This document shows, piece after piece, positions 35,955 through 43,770 of a stretch of 43,770 nucleotides of DNA. Origin of the DNA: Candidatus Omnitrophota bacterium (GTDB taxonomy: Bacteria > Omnitrophota > Gorgyraeia > Zapsychrales > JBDRMG01). The stretch covers positions 1 to 43,770 of the forward strand of contig JBDRMG010000047.1 in assembly GCA_043812495.1 (NCBI GenBank). The letters are read 5' to 3'. The number at the start of each line of letters is the position of its first letter. The first letter of the stretch is position 1. The position numbers were made by a program, and so were the translations under genes. The notes beneath the pieces are model-generated. The model saw only the letters and a program-made list of their open reading frames with translations, searched no databases and was not told where the DNA came from.

Positions 35955-38444
35955 ATGAATCCCTGGAAACTTACCTACGACAAATTTATCCCCGAACAGG
36001 AGAAACTGCGCGAGACCCTTTGCACGCTAGGAAACGGCTATTTGGGCACGCGCGGGGCCGCCCCCGAAACAAGCGCGACCACCATCCATTATCCTGGAAC
36101 GTATATTGCCGGCGTTTACAACGAGCTCATCACAAAAATCGCCGACCGCGATGTCGCCAACGAAGATTTTGTCAATTGTTCCAACTGGCTATGGCTGAAT
36201 TACCGTATCGCTAACGGACCTTGGTTCGATCGCCAAAAAGTAAAAATTCTTTTATGGCGTAAAGAACTGAATATGAGACGCGGCGTATTGATACGGCGAC
36301 TGCGTTGGCAAGACGATCAAGGACGCATCACCTTTGTCGAAAACGAACGCATTGTAAGTATGGCCGATCCCCATTACGCGGCCATGCGCTGCACGATTGT
36401 CGCCGAGAATTACAGTGCCCCCATTACGATTCGCGCAGGGTTAGACGGAATGATTATCAATGCCGGTGTCGATCGCTACAAACAGCTCAATTCCAAACAC
36501 CTGGAACCTGTGAGCCTGGGCAAAGTTCGAAACGACGGTATTTATCTTCAGATGCAAACCAACCAATCCAAGCTTCAAATCACCGAAGCGCAAAAAACAA
36601 TTGTGTACCAGCAGGGCCAGAAAATTCACCCCTCTATGCGCATTCTCGAGCACGGCAAAGAACGAATTATTCAGGAGTTTACCCTGGATGTCAAAGAAGG
36701 GAACAAATATGCCATTGAAAAAATTGTCAGCATTTATACTTCGCGCGATCAAGGCATTCCGGATAATTGTCTGGCAGCCCAAGAGGCCATTGTCAAAGTC
36801 GAAGAATTCGAACAACTCTATAAATCCCATCAGGCCCGATGGCGGGCGCTTTGGAAAAGATTTGATATCGAAATCGAGGGAAATGATTTCATGCAGATGG
36901 CGCTGCGTTTGCATATCTTTCATCTTTTGCAGGTGGCCTCGACTTATAATGAAGAAATTGATGCGGGATTACCCGCCCGTGGCTTGCACGGAGAAGCCTA
37001 CCGGGGTATCTTCTGGGATGAAATGTTTACTTTTCCTTTATACAATCTTCATGCGCCCGAAATCACGCGTTCTCTTCTGATGTACCGTTATCGGCGATTG
37101 AAGGCCGCGAAGCAATACGCTCAAGAGCACGGTTACAGGGGAGCGATGTTTCCTTGGCAAAGCGCCAGCAAAGGCGACGAGACGACACAAATCATCCACC
37201 TCAACCCCCTCTCCGGAAAATGGGGTCCTGATTTTAGTTCAACGCAGCGCCATATCTCTATCGCGGTTGCTTATAACGTTTGGACGTATTATTACGTGAC
37301 GGGCGACAGGGATTTTCTTGATCGCTACGGCGCGGAAATGCTTTTTGAAATTGCGCACTTCTGGTCTTCACTCGCGACCCTCAACCCAAAGACCCATCGC
37401 TTTGATATTGAAGGTGTGATGGGGCCGGATGAGTTTCATGAAAAATATCCGGGGGCCGAAAAAGGGGGCCTGAAAAATAACGCCTATACCAACGTTCTTG
37501 TTGTCTGGGTTTTGCAAAAGGCCCTTGCGGTTCTTGACCTTTTGGCCGAAGAAGAAAGGAGCGCCCTTCTTCTTAAGGTCAACATTGACGAGCAGGAAAT
37601 CGGTCGCTGGCGCGAAATGATCAAGAAAATAACCGTTGTAATGGATAAAAACGGCATCATTCATCAGTTCGAAGGCTACATGAATTTAAAAGAGCTGGAT
37701 TGGAAAGAGTACAAGAATAAATATGAAGATATCCATCGCATTGACCGCATCTTGAAGGCCGAAGGCCTTTCGCCGGATGACTTCAAGGCCTCCAAGCAAG
37801 CCGATGTCTTGATGATTTTTTATCTTCTCAATGACATGGAAGTCAAAGATATATTTGAAGGGCTTGGATACAACTATGCCAAAGACATCAAAAAGAAGAA
37901 TTATGATTATTATCTTCCCCGAACGTCTCACGGCTCGACTTTAAGCCGTGTGGTCCATGGGTATCTCGCCGAAAAACTCGGCTATCACCATCAGGCCATG
38001 ACGTTTTTTATGGAGGCCCTGCGCAGCGACATGGAAGATATCCAGGGCGGAACGACCTTAGAAGGGATTCACTGCGGCGTCATGGGCGCGACGGTTGATA
38101 TTTTCCTCAAATGCTTCATGGGCCTGTCGTTTCAGAACGAACAGCTCACTCTGGACCCCAGGCTTCCTGAGAGCATCCGCTCGGCCCAGTTCCAGGTACG
38201 GTTTCGCAATATTTGGTTTCATATCCAAATCAAGCCAAAAGCCCTGACCATTTGCGTGGAACCGTTAAAAGAGGTCTCTTTGCAAAGCACCCAGGAAATA
38301 CAGGTCCATATTAGAGGCAAGGCATATAAACTGATTCCCGGAAAATGCACAGTGGTTTCCTTCCAAAGGCCGTCCGGCGTAACCACAAAGATCAAGGAAT
38401 TTATCCGCAACAACAAACCAAAAACAAAGATCAGGAAAAAATGA
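35955..38444 (+). CDS. Glycoside hydrolase family 65 phosphorylase (trehalose/trehalose-6-phosphate phosphorylase-like)
   Basis: LGNGYLGTRG, ARGLHGEAYRG-IFWDE, GAMFPWQS, GPDEFHE (catalytic Glu), NNAYTN, KQADV, HGSTLS. Confidence 0.92.
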   Translation: MNPWKLTYDKFIPEQEKLRETLCTLGNGYLGTRGAAPETSATTIHYPGTYIAGVYNELITKIADRDVANEDFVNCSNWLWLNYRIANGPWFDRQKVKILLWRKELNMRRGVLIRRLRWQDDQGRITFVENERIVSMADPHYAAMRCTIVAENYSAPITIRAGLDGMIINAGVDRYKQLNSKHLEPVSLGKVRNDGIYLQMQTNQSKLQITEAQKTIVYQQGQKIHPSMRILEHGKERIIQEFTLDVKEGNKYAIEKIVSIYTSRDQGIPDNCLAAQEAIVKVEEFEQLYKSHQARWRALWKRFDIEIEGNDFMQMALRLHIFHLLQVASTYNEEIDAGLPARGLHGEAYRGIFWDEMFTFPLYNLHAPEITRSLLMYRYRRLKAAKQYAQEHGYRGAMFPWQSASKGDETTQIIHLNPLSGKWGPDFSSTQRHISIAVAYNVWTYYYVTGDRDFLDRYGAEMLFEIAHFWSSLATLNPKTHRFDIEGVMGPDEFHEKYPGAEKGGLKNNAYTNVLVVWVLQKALAVLDLLAEEERSALLLKVNIDEQEIGRWREMIKKITVVMDKNGIIHQFEGYMNLKELDWKEYKNKYEDIHRIDRILKAEGLSPDDFKASKQADVLMIFYLLNDMEVKDIFEGLGYNYAKDIKKKNYDYYLPRTSHGSTLSRVVHGYLAEKLGYHHQAMTFFMEALRSDMEDIQGGTTLEGIHCGVMGATVDIFLKCFMGLSFQNEQLTLDPRLPESIRSAQFQVRFRNIWFHIQIKPKALTICVEPLKEVSLQSTQEIQVHIRGKAYKLIPGKCTVVSFQRPSGVTTKIKEFIRNNKPKTKIRKK

Positions 38445-39538
38445 AACACATTAAGAATGTATTTCTCTCCGCGATCCACCAGCATGCCGGCAAAACAACG
38501 ATAGCACTGGGCTTGTATAAACTTTTTGTGGAGCATGGCATTAAGACATCGTTCATCAAACCCATCGGGCAGAAATATGTGATGGTCCACCATCAGGCCA
38601 TTGATAAGGATTCTTATCTGATTAACGCCGTTTATCACTGCGGCCGTCACCTTAAAGAAATGAGCCCGGTCACGATCGGGCGGGGATTTACCGAGAAATA
38701 TATTTTTCATCCGTCGAATAAAAAATTACGGCAGCAAATTATGGAATCCTTTAACAGCCTGAGCCTTAGGAAAAACGCTATGATTGTGGAAGGCACGGGA
38801 CATGCCGGCGTGGGGTCTGTGATCGATTTCTCGAATGCAGATGTGGCCAGCATGCTCAAATCAAAGGTCATCATTATCAGCGAGGGTGGCATCGGAAAAA
38901 GCATCGATGAGATTATGCTCAATAAAGCCTTGTTTGATTTGCACGAGGTGGAGATCTTGGGCGTCATCATCAATAAAGTAATCCCCGAGAAATATGAGAA
39001 AATCGAAAAGCACCTGCGCCAGGGACTGAAAAATAAGGGCTTAAGGCTTTTGGGCGTGATTCCCCACAATCCGGTTCTTTCCTCTCCGACCGTTTTTCAA
39101 ATCATGCAGCAGCTTAATTTGCGCCTGATTTGCGGCGAGAAGAATATCCGCACGCGCGTCAAAAATACCATTATCGCGGCGATGGAACCGCACAACATGA
39201 TTGCCTACATCGAAGACCACACGCTTGTCGTGACCTCGGGCGATCGCATTGATAATATCCTGGTGTCGATCAGTTCGCATTTGTTAAGCCGCGGCAAAAA
39301 GTTCAATGTCGCCGGCATTATTCTTACAGGCGGCATGCTGCCTAGCGCCAGAATCATCGATCTTTTGTGGAAAAGCGAAATTCCGGTGCTTCTTTCGGAG
39401 GATGATACCTACACAGTTGCGGCCAATATCAAATCCTTGATTTGCAAAATCGAGAATACGGATAAAGATAAAATAATGGAAGCCGTGGCCCTTGTCAAAA
39501 AGCACGTGGATGCCAAGATGATTTTGGATAACCTTTAG
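38441..39538 (+). CDS. Phosphotransacetylase N-terminal-like protein (BioD-like P-loop + DRTGG), no Pta catalytic domain
   Basis: HAGKTT, FIKPIG, VEGTGH, GVIINK, TSGDR.D, IILTGG. Confidence 0.88.
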   Translation: MKHIKNVFLSAIHQHAGKTTIALGLYKLFVEHGIKTSFIKPIGQKYVMVHHQAIDKDSYLINAVYHCGRHLKEMSPVTIGRGFTEKYIFHPSNKKLRQQIMESFNSLSLRKNAMIVEGTGHAGVGSVIDFSNADVASMLKSKVIIISEGGIGKSIDEIMLNKALFDLHEVEILGVIINKVIPEKYEKIEKHLRQGLKNKGLRLLGVIPHNPVLSSPTVFQIMQQLNLRLICGEKNIRTRVKNTIIAAMEPHNMIAYIEDHTLVVTSGDRIDNILVSISSHLLSRGKKFNVAGIILTGGMLPSARIIDLLWKSEIPVLLSEDDTYTVAANIKSLICKIENTDKDKIMEAVALVKKHVDAKMILDNL

Positions 39539-39548
39539 TTCATGAGGC

Positions 39549-39696
39549 CGCAACTTACGGATGTCCGCCATTGATTCAGTGGCGGATGACGTAAGTTGTT
39601 GGCCGAATCCTTCGACCTAGCTCAGGATGGTTCGAAGGATGGTGAGCCAAGTCGAACCGTTAACCCCACCCGCCACTGAATCAATGGCGGGCGGAG
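39549..39696. repeat. Composite of three nested palindromic elements
   Basis: CAACTTACG..TCCGCCA/TGGCGGA..CGTAAGTTG; TTCGACCTAGCTCA..TGAGCCAAGTCGAA; CCCGCCACTGAATCAATGGCGGG. Confidence 0.8.
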
Positions 39697-39736
39697 CAAG
39701 CAAATACAAAATACTATTTCTAAAACAAAAAAGATA

Positions 39737-40921
39737 ATGAATTCCCAAGATTACCTGAAAGAAATATTTATTCTGGATGCGGTCAGGACGCCCATCGGCA
39801 GTTCCTTTAGAAGTCTCAAAGAAAAAAGCGCCGCACAGCTCGGATCTGTCGTGCTTAAAGAGATATTAAAGAGAACCAAAGTGAAGCCCGACTGGATCAA
39901 CGAAGTGATTTTTGGCAATACCGTTTCAGCGGGGATCGGCCAAAACCTGGCTCGTCAGGCCTCTGTCTTAGCCGGTCTTGCGCATTCTCTGCCTGCCTCT
40001 ACGGTCAACAATGTCTGCGGCTCGGGTCTTCAAGCGGTGATTCAGGGCGCGAGGACAATCGGCTGTCAAGAGGCGGATTGCGTGATTGCGGGTGCGGCGG
40101 AAAGCGTCTCTCATTGTCCTTATTTGGTTGAGCGAAAAGATAAAGAAAAGATTGTTCCTGAAGAGCTTAAAGACAGCCTCATTCACGACGGTCTCACATG
40201 TCAGATGACGCATCAACATATGGGTGAGTTGGCCGAGGCTATGGCCAGAAAATTTAATGTTTCTCGCAGAGAACAAGATCAATTCACTCTTGAAAGTCAT
40301 ACCAAAGCCATGGAGGCTCGAGAGAAAAAGAAATTTGCAAGCGAGATTATTCCTGTTGCACTTGAAGGGGGCAGGGTTTTTCTTGAAGACGAGCGAGTGC
40401 GCAAAAATATCAGTTGTGAAAAACTTGCAGAACTTCCCAGCGCATTTTCTGAAAGTGGAACCATTACAGCCGGTAATGCCTCCGCGCCGGCCGATGGAGC
40501 CGCAGCCGTTCTTCTGGCTTCACAAAGATTCGCGCAAGAACACAAACTTCACCCTCAAGCGCGCATCCTTGGCTTTGTTTCGGCGGCCCTTAAGCCGAGC
40601 GAACTTTTTGAGGGAGCGATTCTTTCCATTCGACAATGTTTAGAAAAATGCCATTTGGGAGTTCAAGATATCGATCTTTTTGAAGTTTGCGAAGCGTTCA
40701 GCGTCCAGGCGATCACGACGAGAAATAAATTGAAAATTCCGGATGAAAAATTTAATATTTACGGAGGCGACATTGCCTTAGGCCATCCTTTGGGCGTGGC
40801 GGGCTTGCGCGTGCTCGTGACGCTTATTCATGCTCTCATCAATGAGAAAAAGAAGAAGGGTCTGGCCGCTGTCTGTTTCGGTGGCGGCGGTTCCATTGCG
40901 ATGGTTGCTGAAATTATTTAA
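39737..40921 (+). CDS. Thiolase (acetyl-CoA C-acyltransferase family)
   Basis: AVRTPIG, GQNLARQ, NNVCGSG (Cys), TAGNAS..ADGAAA, GHPLG (His), VCFGGG (Cys). Confidence 0.92.
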   Translation: MNSQDYLKEIFILDAVRTPIGSSFRSLKEKSAAQLGSVVLKEILKRTKVKPDWINEVIFGNTVSAGIGQNLARQASVLAGLAHSLPASTVNNVCGSGLQAVIQGARTIGCQEADCVIAGAAESVSHCPYLVERKDKEKIVPEELKDSLIHDGLTCQMTHQHMGELAEAMARKFNVSRREQDQFTLESHTKAMEAREKKKFASEIIPVALEGGRVFLEDERVRKNISCEKLAELPSAFSESGTITAGNASAPADGAAAVLLASQRFAQEHKLHPQARILGFVSAALKPSELFEGAILSIRQCLEKCHLGVQDIDLFEVCEAFSVQAITTRNKLKIPDEKFNIYGGDIALGHPLGVAGLRVLVTLIHALINEKKKKGLAAVCFGGGGSIAMVAEII

Positions 40922-40932
40922 AGGAAGCGTTT

Positions 40933-42162
40933 ATGCCAAAGACGAAAACAAAGAAGCTCAATATCAGCCAGCTCGAAGAGCTTAAGATCCTGCGCAAAAT
41001 AACCGATATTACTTCCTCGGAGCTTGAGCTTGCGTGGATCCTCAAAGAGGTCGTTAAAATTGTCACTGAGATGACAAAGGCGGATTCCGTTTTTATTTAT
41101 CTTTTCGATGAGAATAAAAAGAACCTGGTTTTGACGGCATCCAAAACTCCTCACACAAAAGAACTGGGGAAAGTCATTCTGAAAGCCGGCGAAGGGATTA
41201 CCGGTTGGGTCGCCAAAGAAAATAAACTTGTCGCGATAGCCCAAAAAGCCTATCAGGATAAACGTTTTAAAAAATTCGACGTTCTGCCCGAAGACCGCTA
41301 TGAGGCCTTTTTGTCGGTCCCCATTATCTATAAAGGGAAGGCTATCGGCGTTATCAATGTTCAACACAAAAAAGAGCATTCTTATGCCCAAAGCACGGTC
41401 AATCTGATTGATACCATCGGCAAGCTCATCGGCGGCATGATTGAGAACGCACGCCTCTATGACCATACCAAGCAAAAGGCCTTACAATTTGACAGCCTGA
41501 TTAAGGTCAGCAAAACGATCACCTCCGAGAAATATCTCGATGAAATCCTCAATCTGATTGTGGTTGTCACGGCCGAAATGCTGGATTCCAAAATATGCTC
41601 GATTATGCTTTTGGATGAAAAGAAAAAAGAGCTGGTGATGAAAGCGACCCAGTCTTTAAGCGAAGATTATAAAAAGAAACCCAATATCAGGGTTGACCAG
41701 AGCCTCAACGGCGAGGTGATCAAGACAGGTAAGGCTTTGAGCGTTTTTAATGTGCAAAAAGAGGAAAAGTACGCCTACCGGGACTTGGCTGTCAAAGAAG
41801 ATTTGACGAGCATGCTCTCGATACCGATGATCGTCAAAGAGAAAATGATCGGCGTGATCAGCATTTATACCAAAACGCCGCATCAATTCAGTGAAGAAGA
41901 GATTGATGTCCTTCAGATGGTCGCCAATCAGGCGGCGGTCGCGGTTGAGAACACCAAGCTTATGGAAGAAACCCTCAAGGCCAAAGAGGCTTTGGAAATC
42001 CGCAAGCTTGTCGAGCGCGCCAAGGGCATTTTGATGCGCATGAGCAACTTAACCGAGGACGCGGCCCATCGCCTGATTCACAAAAAAAGCATGGATTCCT
42101 GCAAGAGCATGAAAGAAATCGCCGAGTCGATTATTTTGTTGGATGAACTGCAGAAAAAATAA
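40933..42162 (+). CDS. GAF-GAF-ANTAR RNA-binding regulator
   Basis: Two GAF repeats (GEGITGWVA, LSVPI...IGVINV; LSIPM...IGVISIY) and ANTAR 'LEIRKLVERAKGILM....TEDAAHRLI...SM....SMKEIAE'. Confidence 0.92.
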   Translation: MPKTKTKKLNISQLEELKILRKITDITSSELELAWILKEVVKIVTEMTKADSVFIYLFDENKKNLVLTASKTPHTKELGKVILKAGEGITGWVAKENKLVAIAQKAYQDKRFKKFDVLPEDRYEAFLSVPIIYKGKAIGVINVQHKKEHSYAQSTVNLIDTIGKLIGGMIENARLYDHTKQKALQFDSLIKVSKTITSEKYLDEILNLIVVVTAEMLDSKICSIMLLDEKKKELVMKATQSLSEDYKKKPNIRVDQSLNGEVIKTGKALSVFNVQKEEKYAYRDLAVKEDLTSMLSIPMIVKEKMIGVISIYTKTPHQFSEEEIDVLQMVANQAAVAVENTKLMEETLKAKEALEIRKLVERAKGILMRMSNLTEDAAHRLIHKKSMDSCKSMKEIAESIILLDELQKK

Positions 42163-42251
42163 ATGTACGCCATGCCTTGCCTTGCAAGGCATGGCGAGAC
42201 CTCGCCATCCGGCATAACACGGATGGCGGGGATGAACTGCAGAAGAAGTAA
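42141..42251. repeat. 22-bp imperfect direct repeat of the ANTAR gene 3' end enclosing two GC-rich hairpins
   Basis: GGATGAACTGCAGAAAAAATAA (42141-62) vs GGATGAACTGCAGAAGAAGTAA (42230-51); stems at 42168-96 and 42201-30. Confidence 0.85.
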
Positions 42252-42402
42252 GCATAGGAGTGATGTGCTTGTGAATACAGATAATTGAGATCCACGTTAT
42301 CAAAACGAAAGCTTCCAGCTGAAATCTAATTCAATTTTTTCCTCATATTTTCCGATTATTATACCCTATATGCAATAATATCGGCTAGTATTATCTATAT
42401 GA

Positions 42403-42494
42403 TACCCGACAGGGGCAGATAATAAGCAAACTATGCCTGATAAGGTATAGAAATAATAAAAGTTGTTGACATCATACCTTATCGGGTGTATATT
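42403..42494 (+). promoter_or_regulatory. hip operon promoter with HipB-type operator boxes
   Basis: TTGACA (42466-71)-N17-TATATT (42489-94); related boxes TACCCGACAGGGGC, TGCCTGATAAGGTA, TACCTTATCGGGTG. Confidence 0.7.
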
Positions 42495-42503
42495 TATATT
42501 ACC

Positions 42504-42719
42504 ATGAGATTAAGCGAACATATTAAAAAACTGCGAAAAGAAACAAGATTGACCCAGATTGAATTTGCCAAGAGAGTGGGGGTTGGTTTAAGATTTATCA
42601 GAGATCTTGAGCAAGGAAAACCAACAGTACGCTTAGATAAGGTTAATCAAGTCTTGGAGTTTCTCGGATATCATCTGGAAGTGGTGCGCAATGAACAGCA
42701 AGATATTAAGAGCCGCTGA
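42504..42719 (+). CDS. hipB: HipB-like HTH regulator (y4mF family)
   Basis: LTQIEFAKRVGVGLRFIRDLEQGKPTVRLDKVNQVL. Confidence 0.88.
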   Translation: MRLSEHIKKLRKETRLTQIEFAKRVGVGLRFIRDLEQGKPTVRLDKVNQVLEFLGYHLEVVRNEQQDIKSR

Positions 42720-43023
42720 AGTTTTTTTTAAGGACGAATTGGCCGGTTATTTGTATGAGACGCAAGAAGGATATGCGTTTATCTATGACGCCAATTTTTT
42801 GAAGAAAGATATTGCGATTTCTGTATCTTTACCGCCAAGAAAGGAGCCTTATGAATTGAAAGAATTGTTTCCTTTCTTTGACGGTCTTCTTCCTGAGGGC
42901 TGGTATCTTGATTTAGTTTTAGCCAAGCAAAAGCTAGAGCGTGACGATGCGTTTGGCATCCTTGCTTCGACAGCAGGGACAGATACGATAGGGGCCGTAA
43001 CCGTTCGAAAGGCCTCTTTATAA
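42691..43023 (+). CDS. HipA N-terminal-domain protein (HipS-like antitoxin)
   Basis: AG.L......Y.F.YD, ISVSLP, LFPFFDGLLPEGW, DTIGAV. Confidence 0.9.
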   Translation: MNSKILRAAEVFFKDELAGYLYETQEGYAFIYDANFLKKDIAISVSLPPRKEPYELKELFPFFDGLLPEGWYLDLVLAKQKLERDDAFGILASTAGTDTIGAVTVRKASL

Positions 43024-43037
43024 ACAGGATCATTTTG

Positions 43038-43770
43038 ATGAAAAAGAAACGCCACAAATCAATGTTTGGGACAATCAAAGAACCCGCCATAAACTTTTCT
43101 TTGCCGGAGATTTCTCTCAAAGCGCAGGAGATGATTGGAAAGCTCTCGATTTCCGGTGTCCAGCCCAAGTTATCTGTAAAATTTGACAGGAAAAAAGGCG
43201 AGCTTATAACTGTAGCTGAAGGGGGAGAGTATATTCTGAAACCTCAGACCAGTTTTCCGCACATTCCTGAAAACGAACAGTGCTGCATGGATATCGCTCA
43301 AGCTCTAGGTATCGATGTGCCCGCGCATTGCCTTTTGAGACTTACCGAGGGGAGCTTTGTCTATATCGTGAAACGTTTCGATCGTCTGGGAAAACAGAAA
43401 ATCCATCAGGAGGATTTTAGCCAAATTTTAGGAAAAAAGAAATACGACGGCTCCGTAGAACAAATAGGAAGGAAGCTCAAAAGCATTTCCGCTATCCCCG
43501 GCTTAGACGCGCAGCTTTTTTTTGAACGGGTTGTTTTTAATTTTTTGATCGGCAACGGAGACGCCCACCTGAAAAATTATTCTATCAGTCATGGAAAAGA
43601 AAATCAGATCAGGTTAACGCCGGCGTACGATATTGTGTGTTCCAAGCTTGTGATACCTGATGAAGAGGATTCTGCCTTAGCCATACATGGGAAAAAAACT
43701 AAATTAATAAAAGAAGATTTTGATGCCTTGGCGGATTATCTGCAAATCCCGCCCAAGGTGCGCTATGAAA
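43038..43770 (+). CDS. HipA-family kinase toxin (HipT-like), truncated by window end; absent from the ORF track
   Basis: Manual translation: MKKKRHKSMFG...KLSISGVQPKLS...YILKP...ENE...KRFDR...HQEDF...IGNGDAHLKNYS...LTPAYD, open to the end. Confidence 0.92.
   Translation, partial: MKKKRHKSMFGTIKEPAINFSLPEISLKAQEMIGKLSISGVQPKLSVKFDRKKGELITVAEGGEYILKPQTSFPHIPENEQCCMDIAQALGIDVPAHCLLRLTEGSFVYIVKRFDRLGKQKIHQEDFSQILGKKKYDGSVEQIGRKLKSISAIPGLDAQLFFERVVFNFLIGNGDAHLKNYSISHGKENQIRLTPAYDIVCSKLVIPDEEDSALAIHGKKTKLIKEDFDALADYLQIPPKVRYE

Noticed and set aside
40918..41475. 185-aa minus-strand ORF and other overlapping alternative-frame ORFs in the track
   Set aside because: Antisense or out-of-frame shadows of well-supported genes with no recognisable motifs.
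42163..42230. ANTAR-binding dual-hairpin RNA
   Set aside because: Stems are long and GC-rich with 3- and 8-nt loops, unlike the short-stem hexaloop ANTAR motif, and lie downstream of the gene.
1..43770. tRNA, rRNA, selenocysteine recoding, integrase or transposase genes
   Set aside because: None recognised; hydrogenase ligands are all Cys codons and no in-frame TGA readthrough is needed.

Overview
Anaerobic bacterial chromosome segment. Omnitrophota-like by gene style, which is an inference. The core is a ~14.5 kb operon (11776-26229). It encodes an AsrA/AsrB-like NAD(P)H module, a ferredoxin, a complete Mrp-linked group 4 membrane-bound [NiFe]-hydrogenase, a HycI protease, a zinc-finger-less HypA and a HypC domain fused to a HydE-like radical SAM enzyme. 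A rex-hydG operon lies 3 kb downstream. No hypB/D/E/F, hydF or hydA is present in the window. The hydrogenase and rex-hydG promoters share the same TTGCAA-N16-TATACT layout and a near-identical Rex-like operator. The main hypothesis is a hybrid maturation route in which [FeFe]-hydrogenase maturases (HydG, HydE-like) supply the Fe-CO/CN unit of a [NiFe] enzyme through a fused HypC carrier. Flanking genes: a divergent dtxR-feoA-feoB iron-uptake operon with tandem operators, an ECF sigma/anti-sigma pair, a RhuM fragment, glnS, an acyl-CoA synthetase-ACP-PlsC fusion, lsrF-like aldolase plus Zn dehydrogenase, a CPA2-CBS antiporter, a beta-PGM/otsB/GH65 trehalose cluster, a DRTGG protein, a thiolase, a GAF-GAF-ANTAR regulator and a hipBST-like toxin-antitoxin module cut by the window end. 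Intergenic DNA is crowded with small palindromic or periodic repeat elements, some nested, one with a clean 6-bp target duplication and one inserted in frame in a gene.
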